From IMG/VR virus record IMGVR_UViG_3300025131_000022: a DNA stretch of 20,000 nt. One strand, 5' to 3'. The position numbers and the translations under genes are program-made. Of the stretch, positions 1-9,000 are shown piece by piece. Within the stretch, counting starts at the first letter, position 1; each line of letters opens with the position of its first letter. Under the pieces are notes generated by a model. The model did no database searches. It saw only the letters and a program-made list of their open reading frames with translations, and was not told where the DNA came from. The DNA is from an uncultured virus (IMG/VR IMGVR_UViG_3300025131_000022). Lineage: Duplodnaviria > Heunggongvirae > Uroviricota > Caudoviricetes.

Positions 1-1463
1 GCGGTATTTTCACCAATTGGGGAAAACCCATATAATTCATTTAATAATTGTTTTTTTGGTTCAGTATTATCTGCCCCACTTACGGCTCCATGTGTTGGGT
101 CTATATGAAAATCTCCTTCATATGGTTTGCCGTCTAATGTTAGATATTGTGTCCCGTCACTATATAGTCCACATTGAATACCTTTAAATTTATTAGTTAT
201 TTTAGTTTTCTTTCTAGGACAAATTAAAATATTTTTTATATATCCGTCACCATCATAGGAAAACTTTACATCATTAAATTCATCTAATTTACTTCTTTCA
301 ACCCATTGTGTTATGCTTCCATATGTTCTAGGTAACCTTGCTCCCCTACCTTTATGGTATGTCGGGTAAGTCTCGATATTACCTATCTGTTGATTTTTTA
401 ATTTTTCAGTAAATGCTATTATTTGTTCTTTACTAGTAAATTTAAGGGAAATACATTTATTTGCACTGGATACTATTTCATTATCTCTTATTTCATTTAT
501 CCAACCTAACGGATATAATGCTTTACCATTTTTTAATACCTTTTTAGTGGCTTTTATTTTACCATCTTCTATTTCTCTAGATATATTATATGGTATTTCT
601 ATTAAATTGTGTTTAGTTAAATTTATATCTTCTAAATTAACATTCAAATTTTGTGGATTTTTTATTGCATAAACGTTACTACCTATTAAAGTTAAAGAGC
701 ACGCATCTACATTTTGTGGTTTTAACACTTTTTTGTAATCATATAATACTTTTCTTGAAGCTAAATCACTATTATTTAATGAGAGATATGTTGTATCTAA
801 CGTTATCTTTGGTGTTGTATTAATAATTTGTTTTGGTGGTAATATAGTGGTGGTATTTCCTTCTATAATTATTATATTTTCCTTGTTTAATTTAAATCCT
901 AACGACTGAACATATTGGCCTTCAGATTGTATATGAATATCCATATCGAAAGATATACCTAAAGATACTTGTTTAGTTAAATTTGCTCCAGGAAATATCA
1001 TTTGTAGAGCATGATTTTTGCTCAATACCATATTGGTAAATGGTTTAATTGCTCCTACACCTCTACTAGTAGCTTTATGGGTTTTAATAGAAAAGTAGTT
1101 TGGGTGAGATAAAAAAGCTCCAAATCCCCCACCAACAACACTTTCAAACCCAAATACACCTTTACTATTCTTAAAAACCTCAAGAATTATATCTGATTCT
1201 CTCCACCCAAATATATTTAAATATGATTCTATCTTTAGTCCTTTTGAATCGAACCTTAAAAACATTCTATCACTAGTGCCTTCACTCACCAAACATATTG
1301 CTTCTACTAATATATCCGTATCAAAAGTAATAGTCATACATTTATCCTTATTGTATGTTTTACTTCTTGTATTATCTGCGGTATTAGAAATAAAAAATAA
1401 AAATTTTATCTTATCTCCCAATATTCTGAAGTCTATATTTGTATTATAAGTTTTATTTGTCAT
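1..1463 (-). CDS. Hypothetical phage protein, 3'-truncated by the window edge (>487 aa); absent from the supplied ORF track
   Basis: Manual translation from ATG at 1463 (MTNKTYNTNIDFRILGDKIKFLFF...) is open for 487 codons to position 1 (...LLNELYGFSPIGENT). It starts 9 nt after the TAA of the upstream 1058-aa gene. It contains LYSDGTQYLTLDGKPYEGDFHIDPTHGAVSG. Confidence 0.9.
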   Translation of the reverse strand, partial: MTNKTYNTNIDFRILGDKIKFLFFISNTADNTRSKTYNKDKCMTITFDTDILVEAICLVSEGTSDRMFLRFDSKGLKIESYLNIFGWRESDIILEVFKNSKGVFGFESVVGGGFGAFLSHPNYFSIKTHKATSRGVGAIKPFTNMVLSKNHALQMIFPGANLTKQVSLGISFDMDIHIQSEGQYVQSLGFKLNKENIIIIEGNTTTILPPKQIINTTPKITLDTTYLSLNNSDLASRKVLYDYKKVLKPQNVDACSLTLIGSNVYAIKNPQNLNVNLEDINLTKHNLIEIPYNISREIEDGKIKATKKVLKNGKALYPLGWINEIRDNEIVSSANKCISLKFTSKEQIIAFTEKLKNQQIGNIETYPTYHKGRGARLPRTYGSITQWVERSKLDEFNDVKFSYDGDGYIKNILICPRKKTKITNKFKGIQCGLYSDGTQYLTLDGKPYEGDFHIDPTHGAVSGADNTEPKKQLLNELYGFSPIGENT

Positions 1464-1472
1464 TTTAACTTT

Positions 1473-4400
1473 TTAATATCCCATCCCACCTGTTGGTGCT
1501 GACACTACAGGTGCCGCTGAGGTAGGTGCTGGGGTTCCACCACGAATTACTATATTTGTACCAGTTTCACCGTTATCGTCACCTAAATTATAATTTTTTA
1601 ACCATTTTAAATCTCTTATATTTAATTCTTTAAGGCCATCAACACACAAAAGATTATGTGTACTACCTTTTTTAACATGTATAGATTTGGCTGTAAATTC
1701 TTTTTTATTACTATAAAATTTATCCGCTAATATATTAGTTTCTTTACCTAATAATGCACTTCCAAAAATACTTCCTTTATTATTAATATTATAAGAATTT
1801 GCATAACTCGATAATGGTATAGTTTGATTCTCATTATTTAATAAATTATTATAATAGGGAGTGTTTGGTTGTGGAGGTGTGGGCATTCCCATCATTCTTG
1901 CAGAATTACTAAATAATGGGATTGGGTATCCTGTAAATGCACTACTAGAAACCGATAGGGTGCTAGTTAACACGCTTTGTAAACTGGTTCCTGTTACACT
2001 AAAACATCTATAAACAAACTTATCTCTATGGAATACTGAATTTTGTACTTTCATACCACTCGTCCATAGAGTAGTAGCTGGTATCATTTGTTCTACTATT
2101 TTTACCCAATAATCCCCTAAGGATTGTACATAATCAATCATTTTATTATAAGTGTATTGATTATTTTCACCACAATTTGTATGTAAATAATCTAAATATA
2201 TTTGTTGTAGTGTAGGGTATCCTCCTGTTTTTCCATCATTAATGGTCATCCTATTTTTTGCGTCAATAAAAACTTTCCAAAAATGTTCTTTAAATGTTTT
2301 AAAATCTATAGTTTTTGCATTAAATTGTGGGTTGGTGGAATCCCATTGTCCTCCCACATGTGGATATGGTAATGGTAATGACCCCCCGCTAAAAAAACAA
2401 TCTGATTGAGCTGACTGTTTCCAAATATCATAAGTAATTCCTTGACCTATATTTAAATTTAAGTCTATATTTTTAACGTTTAATACTAATTTCTCATTAT
2501 CTGTTTGATAGTATGCGTCTCTGTTATTAAAAGAATAATCTCTATACTGGGTTCCCTGTTTAAGGACCCAAGATTTTTTATCATCTATCATTCTCGTTAA
2601 TCCAAACCCAAAAGACATGTGTGGGAATCTTCTAAACCTATCTAAATATGGACATTTCAATAAATTAGAATATTGTCCCATAGTCCAAAAACCACCCCAA
2701 GTAAATTCACTAAATTTATTTATTACATTAGGTGTACATCCTGTAAGAGTAGATGCACTTAAGTCTATAGAGATATCAGATTTATGTTCTGCAGTTCTTT
2801 CAAACCAACCAGCTCCTCTTTGGAAAAAGTAATTGTTAGTTACTCTAGGGACAGTAGGATATCCTGCTGCGTCAATAGGGTAATCTATACGAGTAAATGG
2901 ATTTTGTGTGGTCCCAGTAGAAATATAAAATTGTGCAAAAGGTATACTATAGTTTAAAGTACTCGTAGTATAAGACCCCCCAGATATTAATTCCCATTGT
3001 TGATTAAACTTAGTTTGTACTGGTACATAGGAAGGTATACGGCCCTTAACTGCCCACTCAAATTTAAACCCTGGACTCATCTTAATTCTTGCATCTGCTA
3101 AAACTACATATTCATTAAATTCTACCAACGCTTCCGGAGCACCTAAAAGACCTAATAAAAATTCTATAGATTTTCTTGTTCCTTTAGACTTAAATAGATA
3201 AGCAGTATTAAGTAATATTCTTCTATATAATTCAATATCCAATTCTGTTGGTGTTGCTGAAACACTAGTTCCTGAATATTGTGGTGTATTTACCCCTAAT
3301 ACACTATCTAAAAATGATGTATTGTTTAGAGTACTAGGGGTGGACCACCCCAAAGTCTGTGCAAAATTCTTAATTAATTCATTAGGGATATTATTTTTTC
3401 CATCATAACTAACATTTGTCATGTATGCAATCCCTTCTACAAATGTTTTAATGTCATCAAAACTTCTACCATAAATTTGTAGAGTTTTTTCAATTTTTTG
3501 GTCTGTTCCGTCAAACTCCTTTAGTACTGGTGCTGTTAAAAAGCGAGATACCAAATTAGTTTTTTCCATATCTATCTCATCACCTAAATCCGCTAAAGCA
3601 GTTAAATATGTTAAATAAGTGTCACTACTTATATCAATATTTACATTATCTTCTAATGGCCATGTTTTAATTATTTTATCATAATATTTAACACCACTAG
3701 TACTTTCTTTAATTACTTTAAATGTGGATGTATAAATAGGAGAAATATCTCTATTAACTAAAAAAGATTCTATACTTTTAAATCTTTTAAATTCTTCTTC
3801 CGTTTGTTGTTGGGTTGGTTTGATATAAAAACGGTCTGTTGTGGTTGTGACTACTGTACCACCTGTTGTAGATACATTAAAAGGATTTCCTTTAACTATA
3901 ATTTCCAAGTAATCATTATTAACTGTTTGTGGTTTAACATTCATTAATTTATACTCTGTTTCTCCTACTGTCCCACTAAAACTTAATGTATATTTTTTAA
4001 ATTCTTTAGTTAAATTTCTTAATTTAGCTACTGTTCCTTCTGCTATCTTTATGATAGTATCTGCTGATACTCCATAGGTTTCAAAATTATTTAATATCTG
4101 GTCTTGACTAATATGTTCATTTAATTGATTTCCATTCGTTGTAAATTCTATACTAAATGGATTAGATATTATATTAACATTAGTTTTAAAAGTAGTTTCT
4201 TTAGTAGCTAAATTATATAATATATCATAAGCAGTAGTATTGCCAGAAACATTATTAATATTTACACCATCAACAAATAATGCTGCTGGAAAAAAATTAA
4301 CGACATTTTGAGTTGCTACAGATAAACGTTTTTTAAGGGAACCGTATAAAACAAAGGTTGAGATGTCACTTATATCATTATTAACAAAAACTTCTAAATT

Positions 4401-4649
4401 ATTACTAGATAGTTTACGAGCTAAATTAAGGTTATCTATATTTAAAGATTCTAATGTTATAGGGGTAGAAAAACTACCTATATTGTATTGTAATGTAGAA
4501 GTTATATTATAAGATGACTTGGGTAGATTTATAAAATTACCTAAAGTCATCTGCTGGGACCCCATAAATTGATTTCCTACTAGGAAATCACTAAAGGTAT
4601 CTCCTCCGTGATTAGGGGCCGGTGGATATCTAAATCGATTGCTAGCCAT
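1473..4649 (-). CDS. Putative baseplate wedge protein (P2 gpI / T4 gp7-like), 1058 aa
   Basis: Long ORF with IPNELIKNFAQTLGW followed by YLFKSKGTRKSIEFLLGLLGAPEALVEFNEY. This resembles the P-x-x-L-x-x-LA...KGT-x-x-S/A-I...V-x-E pattern of gpI/gp7-type wedge proteins. A late VEQMIPAT segment may correspond to the C-terminal PA motif of the family. The CDS call is firm; the function is from motif recognition only. Confidence 0.6.
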   Translation of the reverse strand: MASNRFRYPPAPNHGGDTFSDFLVGNQFMGSQQMTLGNFINLPKSSYNITSTLQYNIGSFSTPITLESLNIDNLNLARKLSSNNLEVFVNNDISDISTFVLYGSLKKRLSVATQNVVNFFPAALFVDGVNINNVSGNTTAYDILYNLATKETTFKTNVNIISNPFSIEFTTNGNQLNEHISQDQILNNFETYGVSADTIIKIAEGTVAKLRNLTKEFKKYTLSFSGTVGETEYKLMNVKPQTVNNDYLEIIVKGNPFNVSTTGGTVVTTTTDRFYIKPTQQQTEEEFKRFKSIESFLVNRDISPIYTSTFKVIKESTSGVKYYDKIIKTWPLEDNVNIDISSDTYLTYLTALADLGDEIDMEKTNLVSRFLTAPVLKEFDGTDQKIEKTLQIYGRSFDDIKTFVEGIAYMTNVSYDGKNNIPNELIKNFAQTLGWSTPSTLNNTSFLDSVLGVNTPQYSGTSVSATPTELDIELYRRILLNTAYLFKSKGTRKSIEFLLGLLGAPEALVEFNEYVVLADARIKMSPGFKFEWAVKGRIPSYVPVQTKFNQQWELISGGSYTTSTLNYSIPFAQFYISTGTTQNPFTRIDYPIDAAGYPTVPRVTNNYFFQRGAGWFERTAEHKSDISIDLSASTLTGCTPNVINKFSEFTWGGFWTMGQYSNLLKCPYLDRFRRFPHMSFGFGLTRMIDDKKSWVLKQGTQYRDYSFNNRDAYYQTDNEKLVLNVKNIDLNLNIGQGITYDIWKQSAQSDCFFSGGSLPLPYPHVGGQWDSTNPQFNAKTIDFKTFKEHFWKVFIDAKNRMTINDGKTGGYPTLQQIYLDYLHTNCGENNQYTYNKMIDYVQSLGDYWVKIVEQMIPATTLWTSGMKVQNSVFHRDKFVYRCFSVTGTSLQSVLTSTLSVSSSAFTGYPIPLFSNSARMMGMPTPPQPNTPYYNNLLNNENQTIPLSSYANSYNINNKGSIFGSALLGKETNILADKFYSNKKEFTAKSIHVKKGSTHNLLCVDGLKELNIRDLKWLKNYNLGDDNGETGTNIVIRGGTPAPTSAAPVVSAPTGGMGY

Positions 4650-4654
4650 AATTA

Positions 4655-5575
4655 TTAAAAGTTAGTTATTGTACTAAACAGTTGACTAAAATCAATATTG
4701 TTCCCTCTATTTTGTTTAATTTCAAATAATTGTCCGTTAAATTGGTCTCTAACCTCATATAGGTCGTATTGCATGTATATGTTGTTTGCTCCTGATAAAT
4801 CATATAGAGTATAGATTCCACTATCGATAGATTTTGCTTGATTTCCATAAAGTGCTATAGCAAGTGTTTCGAAATCGTGGTCTGCCATTTCTATATCCAA
4901 TACTATAGGATTAAAGTAAGTGTTAGTAATTATGACTGATTGTCCGGGTTGTCCTATAAATGGTATTGCATTAGGATTGTTAGATGGTGCACTAGTAGGT
5001 GTTAGTGTACAATAAACTAAATTTGTTTTTGAATTTGTATAAACATACCTAGGAGAAGTTTGATTTGGGTTTGTGTTATTTTGTTCTACCGTAACACAAT
5101 AAAAATTGGAAGTAACTATTCTATAAAAATTATTTATTTTTGCTCCGTTGTCAGCATCTAAATATTCTATTCTATACCCCACTAAATCCATAGGCGAAAA
5201 CCTATTTCTAAACTGTATCGGTATAGAATTTAAATCAAAGACTAACCCTTTAACATTAGGTAATGAGGACAAAATACCACAATCTAAAATTACGGTTCTA
5301 ATTTCTACTGGTCTTATATAGACAGTATAAATTCCTTTATTTGCGAAAACTGCTGCTGGTAATTTAAAGTCATATAATCCACCTAAAATCTCACCTGTAG
5401 GCCCTCCTGTAGGAGCGCCGTTGTGAAGTATGGGTGTCAAAACAGTCGATGAATTTATTTCAAATACTGTAGGTGTTGAACTAGCGTCTCTATCTGCTTG
5501 TTGGTGTACTAAAATTTGTACGTCTTCGACTTTTACATCAGCTGGTCTTTTAATTCCGTATGCTCCTAATGCCAT
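4655..5575 (-). CDS. Conserved hypothetical phage protein, probably virion structural, 306 aa
   Basis: Clean ORF 3 nt after the previous stop and 5 nt before the next start. It ends in tandem TAA TAA. The sequence is globular and beta-rich (MALGAYGIKRPADV...). Function is inferred from context only. Confidence 0.8.
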   Translation of the reverse strand: MALGAYGIKRPADVKVEDVQILVHQQADRDASSTPTVFEINSSTVLTPILHNGAPTGGPTGEILGGLYDFKLPAAVFANKGIYTVYIRPVEIRTVILDCGILSSLPNVKGLVFDLNSIPIQFRNRFSPMDLVGYRIEYLDADNGAKINNFYRIVTSNFYCVTVEQNNTNPNQTSPRYVYTNSKTNLVYCTLTPTSAPSNNPNAIPFIGQPGQSVIITNTYFNPIVLDIEMADHDFETLAIALYGNQAKSIDSGIYTLYDLSGANNIYMQYDLYEVRDQFNGQLFEIKQNRGNNIDFSQLFSTITNF

Positions 5576-5578
5576 AAT

Positions 5579-5800
5579 TTATGGTTGTTTTTCTATTTTA
5601 TAGTAACCGTATCCGTGTAATTCCAATTCTCCAGTACTATTTATTTGTCCCATTCGTTGGGCTTTTTCAAAAGCTGTTACTTTGCCTCTTTCAATAAATA
5701 TATTTGACCTAGTTTCTGGTCTTTGACAAACGTTCATTAAAACCTCTAATTTAGTTAAAGGTAATATACATCCCGTCACTTTTACTTCATGTAATGCCAT
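5579..5800 (-). CDS. Small protein, 73 aa; likely the detached C-terminal domain of the upstream giant-protein family
   Basis: ATG follows the only sizeable AT-rich intergenic gap, and the stop is 3 nt before the next ATG. PLTKLEVLMNV...SNIFIERGK...ELHGYGYYKI is a normal-complexity protein sequence. Confidence 0.8.
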   Translation of the reverse strand: MALHEVKVTGCILPLTKLEVLMNVCQRPETRSNIFIERGKVTAFEKAQRMGQINSTGELELHGYGYYKIEKQP

Positions 5801-5808
5801 TCTTCATT

Positions 5809-5823
5809 TTATAATAAATATCA
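5809..5823 (-). promoter_or_regulatory. Candidate phage promoter-like motif (GATATTTATTATAAA) upstream of the 73-aa ORF
   Basis: ATATTTAT at 5814-5821 (minus strand), 13 nt upstream of the ATG, in the only non-coding gap (5801-5872). Single instance in very AT-rich DNA, so weak. Confidence 0.3.
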
Positions 5824-5872
5824 TAACACTTATTTCTATATTATATGTGGTGAATAAAATATTTTTTTCTTT

Positions 5873-6037
5873 TTACCAACATAAAGTTTCTGTAGTGTTA
5901 GGTGGACATACACATGGTATTGTACTTTCACTTAGTTGAATCTGGGCTCCTGTACTATTATCTACACAACATTTTAAACACTTAGTAGGTCTTTCTCCAC
6001 CCATAACACAGTCACATTTTATCCATGACCAAACCCA
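5873..6037 (-). pseudogene. Frameshifted C-terminal remnant of the giant Cys-rich protein (54 codons); alternatively a 43-aa ORF from ATG 6004
   Basis: The -1 frame relative to the 2953-aa ORF reads WVWSWIKCDCVMGGERPTKCLKCCVDNSTGAQIQLSESTIPCVCPPNTTETLCW*. This mirrors the preceding GWSWSVAQCKC and CEQCC...QKLASNANPCDC units. Confidence 0.75.
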
Positions 6038-9000
6038 TCATCATTTATCATAATAGGTGGTATACACTTACATTGGGCTACACTCCATGACCATCCTTGT
6101 TGACATTGTTGTGGTTGACAACAATTAGCCCATGGTGATGGATTCCATAAAAATCCAAGCCAATGTTCACAGTCACAAGGATTTGCATTTGATGCTAATT
6201 TTTGATATAAGTACGAACCATCTTGCTTCAAGTATTCACAACATTGTTCACATGGAGCTACAGGTCCTGGGCACTGAGCAGCTAAACAAGTTGCTTTGTC
6301 AGGGTGTGGACCAATACCATCTTGTATACAATTCCATATACTCCAGAAGGGGTTTGTTAGTAAACATGACCACTTTTCTGGAACTGGTGGATTCCCACAC
6401 GGTACCTGACTACTACTGGTACAACTTACCCAACCATAGTCCCATACAGTTGCACCGTATGGACCAGGATTTCCTGGATGTAAAGTCCAATGTTGATTAC
6501 CATAGAATTCCCAGGTTGCCCCAGTCATATATATACCACAGCTTGCTGTTTGGCCATTAGGGTCTTGTATCCATAGTCCTGGGGTGTCATCCCCATTAGC
6601 AACTGGTGTTGGTCTTTTTACACAACAATAACAACAGAAATCATTAGGGTCTGTTACACACCAACCCTCAGAAAAATGTTGTGTAATCAATGGGAATTGT
6701 ACCCAATTTAATGGTAAAGGCGCATTCCATACTGTTGACATATGAATATCACAATTATTACAATCTACTGGTTGAGGGGGTCCGCATGGTTGATTATCTA
6801 CATTAATACCACAAGGTTCCCACGACCCATTATTACCAAGATTAACTCCTATATTTAAAGATGGATTTCCATAGTGTGAATCACAACCAACTGCGTCTGG
6901 TACACACTCACAAATTGGATTACCTACCCAATGATATCCTGGTGAACAGCTTATATTTTGAATACAAGGTTCCGGGTCAAGGGATTTATTAATCCCCCAA
7001 CCTTTATTCTTGGATATTTTATCTTTTCCACCGCTATTTATAATATGATAGATATTTGGTTTACATTTACAAATTGGGTATGGATGCCATGTTTCTCCTA
7101 CTGGGCACTTTTTTGGTGGTGTCCATCTTGTACATGGATTTATATTAGTTGTTTCAACACAACAATAACAACATTTATCTAGTGGGTCGGTTACACAATC
7201 ATTTATATCATAAAATCCATATAAAGAATTCCATATTCCTTCAAAATCTATTGGTCCTGTTAATGAACTAGCTAATGTAACTGCACAATCCTCACACCCT
7301 TGCACACATGCAGCTAGACATGCTAACCATGCACCAGGTCCTTGGTATTGTGCTGATGAACTACTATTAAGTACACATACACACGTTCCAGGACAATTAG
7401 TACAATCATAACCAACATCGGGTACACTAACACAATGTATATCACACGGCCACCATATATTATTATTAAGTTGTAAAGTTTGTAGTAGAGCTTGTGTCGG
7501 ATTAGCGGGAGATACGCTACCATTGGACCCATCCGCATATAACCCATTAATATGATTATGAAATATTTGACTTGGTGAAAACTGAGTTAGTGGGCTGCCG
7601 GCAGGGAACATACCATCATGCGTTAATACATAACAACAATGGTCATATGGGTCTTCAACCATATCAAATAAACCGTAACCAGTATTTGTCCATATACCCA
7701 TATCAGTACCATATGTAGGTATCATAATATATGTGGTTGGGGTATACGTACCGCTATGAGGTGATGAAGTGACGTTGAGGGTTGCTCCTAAACACTCTAT
7801 CTTACACCTATCTGCTATAGTCAAGTCACACCGGCAGACGCCTGCAGGTGCGGCTGGTATATTATTTTGACAATCCCCTTGAGATGCATACCATCCGAAA
7901 GGAGCTGGGATACATAGACAGCTATTGTTAGCCTGCAACTTACAGTCCCATCTAGTTAATCCTGTATAACAGCATGTATTTACTTGTGTTAAACAATCAT
8001 GAAGGGATTGGTGGGTACCAGTAGCAGTGAGGACACAACTACAAGGACCATTACAATGTGTTACACATTCATATAAAGAAGTGCTTCCTGTATAACAACA
8101 ATTCTGAGCTACAGCTGTGTGACACTCATCTAATGTACTGTATTGCCCATATGGGTCAACTATACAAAGACAATCTTTACTACAACACCATCTATCAGGT
8201 AAGGTAGTGGCTGAACAGCACGTAAATGGGTCATTTTCACAATTATATAATGCATTTAATCCTTGATATGTTCCCATTCCTGCCCCTACTTGTACACAAT
8301 CACATTGAATATATGGTGGTGTACTTATTGTGGTTTGTTCACAATCATATTCTGGATATACTACTTCACAACAATTAGCTGCGTTATAACATTCTGTTTG
8401 TGAAGTAAATCCATCTTTATAATCTGGTACAAATACACAATCACAAAAACCTGTTTGGCATGTCCAAGAACCACAACAAGGTAAATTAGTTAAAGTTACT
8501 TGACAATCACCCTGATTATTAAAAGCGCCTGTTGGACCAGATATAGATTGGCAAATACATGGGTCTTGTGTACAACTACATGGGTCTAGACCAACGTATA
8601 TACATTTATCCCAAGATGAAGGTATACTACCATAGGAGGACCATAATGCGTCACATATTTCTGGATAAGTATTAGCTAAGCTTACTACAGAGCCATTACT
8701 ATCTGTTAGATTGACTGATATTAAATCATTAATCATACTATTCCATGAATTATAAGGCCCACTTGTTAGCCCTAAATTTAGGTATATAGTACTATTTATC
8801 GTTATTGGTGAACCGAATACAGCAAGAGGAAGCCCATTATGTAGACATGGATTAGGATTTGGGGGCATTAAACCTCCATAAGGAAATTTAAGGGTTAATA
8901 TATCTACACTTTGTAAATTAGGAGACCCACCTGGATTAGATATCATATTTAATACATCATAAGACCCTGTTAATGTTAATGCTGGATTAATAATTGTATA

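Noticed and set aside
6030..6036. GGGTTTG as a programmed -1 slippery heptamer
   Set aside because: In the giant ORF it is phased GGG TTT G rather than G GGT TTG, so canonical tandem slippage into the needed frame is not supported.
6038..6043. Tandem TGA TGA before the shifted-frame peptide read as Sec/Trp recoding
   Set aside because: The frame upstream of these stops (TYYDK) does not match the repeat pattern, and none of the long ORFs needs TGA readthrough.
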